IMG/VR virus record: IMGVR_UViG_3300005662_000052
Coordinates: 1 to 56,024 of that record
Direction: 5' to 3' (one strand)
Source: a virus
Lineage: Duplodnaviria; Caudoviricetes
DNA length: 56,024 bases
In this document: positions 8,996 through 17,091 of the stretch, piece after piece
How positions within the stretch are numbered: the first letter of the stretch is position 1
Layout: the number at the start of each line of letters is the position of its first letter
Notes under the pieces: model-generated
What the model was told of the DNA's origin: nothing
Databases searched by the model: none
The model's input: the letters and a program-made list of their open reading frames with translations, nothing else
Translations under genes and position numbers: made by a program

Positions 8996-11434
8996 TTAGA
9001 AATCGAATTTTACTAAGAACTGCTGAATACCTTGTCTTAATACGGGTGATTGCAGTTTAGATACAATCATAAGTGTTTTGTCAGAATCGTAAAGTCCAAT
9101 TTCTGTAATATATGATGGATTACCTTGTGTCCAAGTAGGGTTTGTAGTTGCTTGGAATTCAGATTCTCCTAAATTTACTTTATATCTCATTTCGTAAATC
9201 GTTGCCTGTATGTCACTCTCTAACGCCCCATAAAAATAATACTCATCACCGAAATTTAATGACACTCCACTATATCCTACAGGAGTTAACGGAACATAAT
9301 CATTTAAATCATAAGTAGGTGCGGAGTCATATTGGTCTTTTGTAATTACAAAAGTATTACCCGTTAATCCTTCTTTGGTGATATAATTATTAACTGTAGT
9401 CGCAGTAAGTTGGTCTGTAAAATCAATTATCTTCCATAAAGAAGAGTTTGGTCTTCCGTTACCTTCAACTTTTTGACAAATTATTTCAAATTTATCAGCA
9501 TAAAATCCTGTAATTTGATTACAACAAGAAAGGTCTGGTTGTGTTAAACAAGGAAACTCGTCCCCAAATCTAATAGCAATATTTTGAGATGTTAGGTTAC
9601 TACAAACAATATTAGGCCCTTCTATTACAGAATAATAATTACAATGTAATGAATTGCCTGATAAACATCCGCTTGTATTTGTAAACCTGTAAGTAACGTG
9701 CATATATTCAGTACTCGCCGTTAATACTCCTTCTGGAGAAGAACCATCTCCACCGCAAACATTTGGGGTCATTAATGATATTTTTGGTGCGGGTAATGTC
9801 CAATTTCTATTTGATTTATAAGACATCGCGGCAATTAATTCTTCATCATCAATTACCACTATTTTTTGGTCTGGAAATACTTTACCAACTCTATTAGGAT
9901 AACCGTCAATAGAATTAGGGTTAGTGTCCCATAAATGATAATATCTAATACCAGGTGAGTTCATATCCAAATTTTTATTAGATTCTATATAATGAACTTG
10001 GAATAAATTAACATTTTCAAAATTAGGTGGGTCAACCCAAAAAGTTTGTCCAAAACAACAACTTTCGTTTTTATGCCACATTATCCAAGGAATATGTAAC
10101 TTAAAGTTTCTTGCTTGACCTGTGGTGTCTCCTTCATTTGAAGGGTCAAATGGTTCGAACGCAAATTTTTCTCCGTAGAAGAAATCAATGGTTTGATTTG
10201 TATAATGTATTACCGCTATCGCCTTTTGTTCTTTAGGTGTTACCACAACTTTTTCATCAAAAGAATTATAGTAAAAAACTTCACTACTATCTGTCTGACC
10301 GCTATCTGATTGATATCCTAAATATTCTTTAGTTCCTAAGTAATTTATAGAACCAAATTTAGTATAATCTTTATTTAGAGAAGATATTAATCCCGCAGGA
10401 TTTTCAGACCAAGGAATATTCATATTCCAAACTTTAACATCAAATTGGTCTATATCACAAATCGATTCATAATTAATAACATCGTCAGCCCAATGAGGTC
10501 TTGGTGTTACACTATCATAAATTTTTGTCATATTTGATGGGTACACTAATACTCTAGAATAACAACTCGCACTTAACTCAGTAAAGTCAGGTGTTGGTCT
10601 ATCTAAGGTTATTTGATTTCCGCAAACCGAAACTATCCTATAAGTCATCATTGGATAACAACTATATATAGGAACTTTACAATCAGGGGGTGGAGGTGGT
10701 GGGCACGACCTACTAGCACTTGGTGTTAAACAAGGTGTGCTAGATGGTGTTGGTGTTGGGCTAGGGTTACAATCGTAAGGTGTTTTTGTCGGTGTTGGGG
10801 TAGGTGTTGGACTTTCAAATAATCCTGATGTAGATGTTGGTGTTGGTGTAGGTGTTGGTGTAGGCAAATTGGTACAATAACAATCGTCCAATCCTTTACC
10901 ATCATAATAAATTGTTATAAAATCTCCTACCGCAGGTTGTCTTTCTGATGGATAACCACATGGTGAGTAGATTAAATTTATTACTTTTCCACACTGAAGT
11001 GTTGACATATCAACAATATAATCTGAATTAATTACATATCGACTATCGGTTAAAGCACTCCATGTTATTGTTTCGGCAGTTAAATTACCACCAAAAAAAC
11101 CTCTCAAGGGAGCTCTATTAAACACAGGACTAACAATAGAGTCCATGTATGGAATTCCATATGTATTTCCTGTTATACCATCAACAAAATAAGGGTATTT
11201 AACATTTTGTTTATTTGAATTTGGAACTCCACTAGTATTTTGTGAATTAAAGTTGGGTTCTAATATGTTTGTGTTAAATTGATTGTATATTGACGGTGCA
11301 AGACCATAAGAAACTTCACTATCTCCAATTTGGAAATAAGAAATATTAAATTGACCTTGAGACATTTTTTGTCTTCCCGCGTCGGTTACTCTTGTGTTAA
11401 CTAAACCAGAAGTATTTTTTAAAATATATGCCAT
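8996..11434 (-). CDS. putative baseplate/tail-fibre attachment structural protein with a Pro-Thr/Cys insert
   Basis: N-terminal VTDAGRQKM..FQIGDSE and C-terminal YITEIGLYD..LMIVSKL resemble a split tail-collar/fibre-attachment domain; late motif upstream. Confidence 0.65.
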   Translation of the reverse strand: MAYILKNTSGLVNTRVTDAGRQKMSQGQFNISYFQIGDSEVSYGLAPSIYNQFNTNILEPNFNSQNTSGVPNSNKQNVKYPYFVDGITGNTYGIPYMDSIVSPVFNRAPLRGFFGGNLTAETITWSALTDSRYVINSDYIVDMSTLQCGKVINLIYSPCGYPSERQPAVGDFITIYYDGKGLDDCYCTNLPTPTPTPTPTSTSGLFESPTPTPTPTKTPYDCNPSPTPTPSSTPCLTPSASRSCPPPPPPDCKVPIYSCYPMMTYRIVSVCGNQITLDRPTPDFTELSASCYSRVLVYPSNMTKIYDSVTPRPHWADDVINYESICDIDQFDVKVWNMNIPWSENPAGLISSLNKDYTKFGSINYLGTKEYLGYQSDSGQTDSSEVFYYNSFDEKVVVTPKEQKAIAVIHYTNQTIDFFYGEKFAFEPFDPSNEGDTTGQARNFKLHIPWIMWHKNESCCFGQTFWVDPPNFENVNLFQVHYIESNKNLDMNSPGIRYYHLWDTNPNSIDGYPNRVGKVFPDQKIVVIDDEELIAAMSYKSNRNWTLPAPKISLMTPNVCGGDGSSPEGVLTASTEYMHVTYRFTNTSGCLSGNSLHCNYYSVIEGPNIVCSNLTSQNIAIRFGDEFPCLTQPDLSCCNQITGFYADKFEIICQKVEGNGRPNSSLWKIIDFTDQLTATTVNNYITKEGLTGNTFVITKDQYDSAPTYDLNDYVPLTPVGYSGVSLNFGDEYYFYGALESDIQATIYEMRYKVNLGESEFQATTNPTWTQGNPSYITEIGLYDSDKTLMIVSKLQSPVLRQGIQQFLVKFDF
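10685..10864 (-). repeat. coding Pro-Thr/Pro-Ser repeats and poly-Pro
   Basis: PTPTPTPTPTST...SPTPTPTPTKTP...PSPTPTPSSTP...SCPPPPPP. Confidence 0.85.
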
Positions 11435-11439
11435 TTATA

Positions 11440-11447
11440 TATAAATA
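11440..11447 (-). promoter_or_regulatory. TATTTATA putative late promoter
   Basis: Immediately upstream of ATG 11434. Confidence 0.6.
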
Positions 11448-11460
11448 TATCGTATTGATT

Positions 11461-12243
11461 TTATGTTATAATAATCTCACTTTCACAATTACCTGTGTAA
11501 ACCTGAACTGTAACCGGTTGTGGACTTGGTACTCCTAACACAATCCACCCTGTATTTGGTGGTGAAGATGTGTTATTATTTATAATGTATCCTCCTATAG
11601 GGGAAGGATAGATAAACCATTGATTTGTTGATGCACTCCAAAGAATTTGACTCGTACTCGCACTCCAAGATTGTTTACCATTAAAAGTTCCACTAGGGAT
11701 GTATGTTTCACTATTTACTTCATCTTGATATGTTATGTTAACACATAATGAATATCCTATACTAGCCGGTGTTTGCGTTGGGGTTGGTGTTGGGGTTGGT
11801 GTCGGCATTGTTCCTACTAACTTACAACTTGTGTATGCTGTGAAATCACCATAATAATCCACCACAACTGCGGTGTATGTACCAACAGATAAATTAGTTA
11901 TTGTATTACCAAAATTACCGTTATCCCAATTTATTGTATATGGAGATGTTCCTCCTGTTACAATTAAGGTAATTGTTCCGTCAGAAGAGGTTAATGTACT
12001 AGGTTCTATAACTTCGCAAGTCGCTCCCATTGTAAATATTGTCAAAACATTACATTCGTTAACACCCTCTTCACCACATTCTAATTTTCTTGGTGGTTTT
12101 TTTGTTGGGGTGGGTGTTGGAGTCTTTGTTGGTGTAGGTGTTGGAGTTGTTGTTAGAGTAGGTGTAATAGTCGGACTTGGTGTAGGCGTAGGTGTTTGAC
12201 TCTCTTCAGGAAGTTGTTGTATTATAATATCATTATCACCCAT
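11461..12243 (-). CDS. Pro-Thr-rich putative virion protein with one SprB-like repeat
   Basis: DGTITLIVTGGTSPYTINWDNG...ITNLSVGTYTAVVVD is a SprB-type repeat; two PT tracts; TATTTAT at 12260-12254. Confidence 0.75.
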   Translation of the reverse strand: MGDNDIIIQQLPEESQTPTPTPSPTITPTLTTTPTPTPTKTPTPTPTKKPPRKLECGEEGVNECNVLTIFTMGATCEVIEPSTLTSSDGTITLIVTGGTSPYTINWDNGNFGNTITNLSVGTYTAVVVDYYGDFTAYTSCKLVGTMPTPTPTPTPTQTPASIGYSLCVNITYQDEVNSETYIPSGTFNGKQSWSASTSQILWSASTNQWFIYPSPIGGYIINNNTSSPPNTGWIVLGVPSPQPVTVQVYTGNCESEIIIT

Positions 12244-12263
12244 AGTTATTTAAATAAATACTT

Positions 12264-13241
12264 TTATAGTTCTTTTTTAATTATTGATTTCATTATTTCA
12301 ATATATTTTATTGTTGAACTATTCTTGTCAACATAATTAAAATAATTTGGGTTTTCTTTTAATTTGTCAAAAGGGTTAACATTTATAAATTCTCCTTTAT
12401 AAAATTTGGTAGTTTTTAATCCATCTGTAACTCCAGCCATATGTAAAATAGGTTTTTTTTCATATATGAATATTGTATCGGTAGCCCAAGAAAAATCTAA
12501 ATTTTTGGTGATTAATGTTTCTTTACCTAATAACCAAATGTTCCATAAAACCGCCCACATATCTGATGTCCACATTTGTATGTGATGATTAATTGGGTAT
12601 TTTTTACTAAATGATAGTAACATTTCGTATAGTTTAATACTATCGTTAAATACTTTTTCCCAAAAAAGATAATCAGTATTTTTAATCAAATATTGAGCAC
12701 CTCCAGAATTTTTCTGATTGTTTTTAACCGTATCAGATGAGATTCCAATTATTTCACACATCTTAGTTAATAATTCACCATTTGATAGTGTGTTATGTTG
12801 AGTTTCGTATCTTTTACAACATTCTAAAATATAATCGTGTCCAATATATGATATTGTGTCTGAGACATAACAAATATCATCATTTAATAAAGAATTAAAA
12901 TCAGGTAATTCCCTAAAAACAATATCTGAATCGTGATAAAAATAACATTTACCTAATTCAGGATTATTTTTTAACCATTCTTTTAAGGCTAAAGGTCTAA
13001 GTGTTGGAATGTATTTTTTTTGATTTTTTTCTCTAGTGTCTTTAATGTGGTGAACATTAATTCCATAATCTTTTAATTTTAAAGATTCTTCAGATTCTTG
13101 GTCTCTATCTACCATAACAAATAACACATGAATTTTATCAGGTTTAATACCTTTATCGATAAAATTATTTACATATATTTTTGTTTGCCAATGAAAATAT
13201 GGTATGTCTGGTTGAGCACTTACAAATACTAAATCTTCCAT
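12264..13241 (-). CDS. GT-A fold glycosyltransferase resembling HPAT/SRGT1 (GT95/GT96-like) protein O-glycosyltransferases
   Basis: YFHWQ near N-terminus, YIPTLRPLALKEWL, DxD (YHDSDIVF), GGAQYL, WTSDMWA, ILHMAG, in the same order as motifs recalled for plant SRGT1/HPAT. Confidence 0.7.
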   Translation of the reverse strand: MEDLVFVSAQPDIPYFHWQTKIYVNNFIDKGIKPDKIHVLFVMVDRDQESEESLKLKDYGINVHHIKDTREKNQKKYIPTLRPLALKEWLKNNPELGKCYFYHDSDIVFRELPDFNSLLNDDICYVSDTISYIGHDYILECCKRYETQHNTLSNGELLTKMCEIIGISSDTVKNNQKNSGGAQYLIKNTDYLFWEKVFNDSIKLYEMLLSFSKKYPINHHIQMWTSDMWAVLWNIWLLGKETLITKNLDFSWATDTIFIYEKKPILHMAGVTDGLKTTKFYKGEFINVNPFDKLKENPNYFNYVDKNSSTIKYIEIMKSIIKKEL

Positions 13242-13312
13242 GTTATTTTTATTTTAAAATATAAAGAACATAGTAATTTAATAAATGTTACTTTTGGAGA
13301 TATTTATAATAT

Positions 13313-13483
13313 ATGAAATTACTTAAAACAGTGTCGAAATTGGTTGAAGAATCTAAGTTAAGATATGAGGAAGCTTGTGATAAAGGAGTTCCTGAAAAAG
13401 AATTGGATAAACTTGAAAAAAATTATCAAGAATCATTGCGACTAATGAGATTAATCAATAAAGATTCTAATCCTAAAAAATAA
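13313..13483 (+). CDS. small 56-aa charged helical protein (absent from ORF track)
   Basis: MKLLKTVSKLVEESKLRYEEACDKGVPEKELDKLEKNYQESLRLMRLINKDSNPKK*; TATTTATA at 13301-13308; its stop abuts the stop of the convergent gene at 13484. Confidence 0.65.
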   Translation: MKLLKTVSKLVEESKLRYEEACDKGVPEKELDKLEKNYQESLRLMRLINKDSNPKK

Positions 13484-14596
13484 TTAGAATCCGTAAACCA
13501 GCTGAGTTCTACCCCAACCAGAAAAAGTTTTTAAATATATATAATCATCGTCCCAAGCAACATCTCCAACATTACCATTAGTATCTGTTGTTCCAGAAGG
13601 AGTAAATCCAACTTCCATTCTAAATTGATTATATCCAGTGTCACCAACTACGTGTAATTTTGAAGTTGGTGCCGATGTGTTAATACCCACCGACGCAAAT
13701 CCGTTTCCTAAAACAATACTACCGCTTTGTGAAACTATCGCCCCACTTCCAATCGCAGTTGCATTTGTTAAATTTCCAGATGAACAGTCCGCACCTGCTC
13801 CAATAAATGTGTTATCATCTCCACTAATATTAGCATAACCCGCATTCATTCCTAAAGCAACATTATTATTACCATTAATATTAAACGCCAATGAAAAATT
13901 GCCAACGGAAGTGTTGGAAATTCCAACTGTATTACCGGCCAATGTAGTATACCCTAAAGCAACGTTATCACTTCCTGAAGTATTACTATATAAAGAAAGT
14001 CCGCCTATCGATGTATTATATGAACCATTACTGTTAGTAAATAAGACTTTTGAACCTAACGCGGTATTAAAATCTCCATCATTTAATATTAATGATGTTG
14101 ACCCAAACGAAGTATTATCATTTCCCACCATATTACTTTTCAACGCGTTATACCCAAAAGCAGAATTATCATTTCCTATGGTATTAGACATTAAACTTTC
14201 TTTACCCATTGTGGTTAAATATTGACCTGTAGTATTCGCGGTTAAACTATCTTTACCAACTGTTGTATTCTTATCCCAATCACCCTCACCTCGACCAATT
14301 TTAACATCATTAACAACAACATCTTTAACCGTTCCAAACGTATCGGAAATACATAATTTTTTCAAACACAATCCGTCAGACTCTAATAATGTCGTACCCC
14401 CTATTGTAATGGTACTTGCGGTCATTCCACTTGAAAATGTTGAAGGTGTTGTTGATATTAATGATAGTATTTGCCCTATATTCGCTTTATATGATGAGCC
14501 CGCCGAATTCTGCGATGTATCTCCAGTTATAACAATATGAAATAAATCTTCGCCCGTTACTCCCGATGCTAATGTTCTACTTGTTAGAAATGCCAT
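13484..14596 (-). CDS. tail fibre/spike-like protein with YadA/Hep_Hag-like beta-roll repeats
   Basis: About 14-aa repeats N(T/V)(A/S)xGxx(S/A)LxxNxxGxx; VGINTSAPTSKLHVVG; C-terminal GDVAWDDDYIYLKT..GW; TATTTAT at 14616-14610. Confidence 0.75.
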   Translation of the reverse strand: MAFLTSRTLASGVTGEDLFHIVITGDTSQNSAGSSYKANIGQILSLISTTPSTFSSGMTASTITIGGTTLLESDGLCLKKLCISDTFGTVKDVVVNDVKIGRGEGDWDKNTTVGKDSLTANTTGQYLTTMGKESLMSNTIGNDNSAFGYNALKSNMVGNDNTSFGSTSLILNDGDFNTALGSKVLFTNSNGSYNTSIGGLSLYSNTSGSDNVALGYTTLAGNTVGISNTSVGNFSLAFNINGNNNVALGMNAGYANISGDDNTFIGAGADCSSGNLTNATAIGSGAIVSQSGSIVLGNGFASVGINTSAPTSKLHVVGDTGYNQFRMEVGFTPSGTTDTNGNVGDVAWDDDYIYLKTFSGWGRTQLVYGF

Positions 14597-14633
14597 GTTT
14601 TTTTATTTTATAAATATTTATTTTTTATTATTT

Positions 14634-14858
14634 TTAACAATTTTCCAAATTAAATCTATAACATCCGTTACTTGCTACAATTTTAATATTAACTACTGGC
14701 GCGGTGTCAAATTCGGTAGGTAATGGTATTGTTATTGCCGGTGGTACTGAAACATTTATACTACCAATTAAAACACAATATTGTTCATACGCATTACAAG
14801 CATAAACATCATATGGAAATGTTAAACCGGTTATTGATGTTATTTGTACTGAAGCCAT
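14634..14858 (-). CDS. small putative virion protein; paralog of 4800..5015
   Basis: Shared ITxITG..PYD(I/V)YxC, Cys spacing and N(L/I)K(V/I)V..NxC. Confidence 0.75.
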   Translation of the reverse strand: MASVQITSITGLTFPYDVYACNAYEQYCVLIGSINVSVPPAITIPLPTEFDTAPVVNIKIVASNGCYRFNLENC

Positions 14859-14862
14859 TTCT

Positions 14863-17091
14863 TTACCCTTGGAATAAATAGTCGTCTCCGTTCATGAAGT
14901 TAAAGTCATCTCCATTCTGGAACTGTTTTATTTCTCCGCAACATTCGCATGATATATCATAAGTTATTAATAAATTAATTATTACATTATTATCTTCTAA
15001 TCCTGATTCACCACTACAAGATGTTGTTAAACTAACCTCGTTATTTTCTGTGTTAATTTCAACATTACCGACTTCACTATAACTCGATATGATATATTCT
15101 AATACTTCTGCCCATTCTTGGACTGTCGGGTATTCTGATAACGTATTCCCGGTAAAAAACGGTTGTGTTATTGTAACACCATTTATTGTTACTTGAGCAT
15201 AAAATATTGCCTCATTTAAAATACAATTAGTGTCACCTGATGTTAAATCGTAGAATCCTTCCAATAACATTTCTTCAGGACTTTTAACACCTGTTTCTCC
15301 CGTATTTTGAAATTCAGATTCACATATATTAAACAACTCGTAGGCCAGAACATTGTTCGCCCCATTTAATGTTGTGGTAACTGTTTTGACACACCCATCA
15401 TCTCCTGTAATTGTTAATGAGTATGTTCCGGCAGAAAGATTACTAACTGTTATTCCTGTCTGACCGTTTACGTTAGAACTCCAATTTAGAGTTAATGGTG
15501 GTATTCCGTTAGTGATTAAAGCACTTATAGAACCATTATTACCAATTGTGGGATTAACACCCGCTAAAGTAAAATCTAATGTTGATGTGGATGTAATTGT
15601 GAATGGAAATGTGTTTTGGCAAGAGTTCGCATCTGTTACAGTTGCAACATATGAACCTTCGGTTAAACTACTGAATGTATAGGCGGTTGTTGTAACTATT
15701 ACGACATCGTCTCCAATATCATAAGTGTACGGAGCCGTTCCTCCTGAGCTAATACTAACAGTTGCAAAACCATATAACTCGTTACAAGTAATTCCCGTAG
15801 TTTGTGCCGATACTGTAAATGGTATGTCATTATCCACAACGTATGTCCCATTAAATACACAAGGACTTGGTGCCGAACTACTAACAGTTAAAGTGTATGT
15901 GTCACTAGCAAGTGCGTTAAATTTAACATTTTTTGAACTCGTTACATTTTCCGTTATATCCCCGTTTGTATTGGTTAATGTATATGTGTAAGTTGATGGT
16001 GGTCCTACAAGGTTTACAGTTATTGACCCGTTACCTGTATTACAACTAGAATTACAGAAGGCATTTACCACAGAAACCGATAATACATCAAAAGATGATG
16101 GTGAGACTAAGTTAATCGACTCTTGGAAATTACATAGTCCCGCGTCTGTAACTGCAACAGTAAATAAACCACTACTTAAACCTGTAAATGTGTATACTTC
16201 TCCAAATGAAATTACGGACGCTCCGTTTGAACCCAAATAATAATATGGTGGAGTTCCTCCGTTTATTACCACGGTTACTTCCCCATTTGATTGTAAACAA
16301 GATGGTCCTTCAACTATAAAATGACTAAATTCTACAGGCGGTACTTTTTCTATGAAAGTTGTTTTACTCACAGAACACCCAACAGAATCCGTCACGGTTA
16401 AAGAATATAAACCTTCCGTTAATCCTGTTAGTGTTGTTCCAGTACTTGAGTCAGACCAAACATATGTATAAGGGGGTATTCCTGTTAATCCTGTAACATA
16501 CAAAGCCCCGTTATCTTCCGCACAACCAGCGTTATTTATTTTATAAAAATCAAAATCTAATAGTGAAACGTTTTTAATTATACACGATTCACTTTTTCCC
16601 GAACATCCACCACCATCGTCAGCAATTACGTAATAAATACCCGAATATAAATTAGTAAATTCATAAGCATCCGATAATGTATAGGCCGAGTCGATATAAC
16701 CCTCAGTTAATTCATAAAGATAAAATTTTGCTTCACCGTAAAAATTAGAAGTTTTCGCAGTTAACGAACCGTTATCATATCCACAAGTAGTGTCAACAGT
16801 ATTTATGATACTGGCACAAGTTCCATTGGAAATATAAACATTAACCGTTAATTCGTTTGGTGTTGGTAAGTTACAACTATCGGTTATAGTAAATGTATAA
16901 GTACCGGCACTTAAATTTGTTACCGTATAGTTATATGGGGTTGTTATTGGAGTGACAATATCAAAATAGGGAGACACCCAAGTTATTGAGTAATTTGGGG
17001 CACTGCCAACTATGTCTAGACTAAACGCACCAGAATTATTATTTCCACAGTCGCCCGTTACACTTAAATTATATGTTAAAAGACAAGGCAT
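14863..17091 (-). CDS. SprB-repeat putative virion/fibre protein
   Basis: About 7 repeats of C..NG...GxxPYxY...LxxGxYx(V/L)T(V/I)TDxxxC. Confidence 0.8.
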   Translation of the reverse strand: MPCLLTYNLSVTGDCGNNNSGAFSLDIVGSAPNYSITWVSPYFDIVTPITTPYNYTVTNLSAGTYTFTITDSCNLPTPNELTVNVYISNGTCASIINTVDTTCGYDNGSLTAKTSNFYGEAKFYLYELTEGYIDSAYTLSDAYEFTNLYSGIYYVIADDGGGCSGKSESCIIKNVSLLDFDFYKINNAGCAEDNGALYVTGLTGIPPYTYVWSDSSTGTTLTGLTEGLYSLTVTDSVGCSVSKTTFIEKVPPVEFSHFIVEGPSCLQSNGEVTVVINGGTPPYYYLGSNGASVISFGEVYTFTGLSSGLFTVAVTDAGLCNFQESINLVSPSSFDVLSVSVVNAFCNSSCNTGNGSITVNLVGPPSTYTYTLTNTNGDITENVTSSKNVKFNALASDTYTLTVSSSAPSPCVFNGTYVVDNDIPFTVSAQTTGITCNELYGFATVSISSGGTAPYTYDIGDDVVIVTTTAYTFSSLTEGSYVATVTDANSCQNTFPFTITSTSTLDFTLAGVNPTIGNNGSISALITNGIPPLTLNWSSNVNGQTGITVSNLSAGTYSLTITGDDGCVKTVTTTLNGANNVLAYELFNICESEFQNTGETGVKSPEEMLLEGFYDLTSGDTNCILNEAIFYAQVTINGVTITQPFFTGNTLSEYPTVQEWAEVLEYIISSYSEVGNVEINTENNEVSLTTSCSGESGLEDNNVIINLLITYDISCECCGEIKQFQNGDDFNFMNGDDYLFQG

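Noticed and set aside
4800-17091. Diversity-generating retroelement or invertase-driven fibre switching
   Set aside because: No reverse transcriptase or recombinase, and no near-identical TR/VR pair or inverted crossover sites noticed
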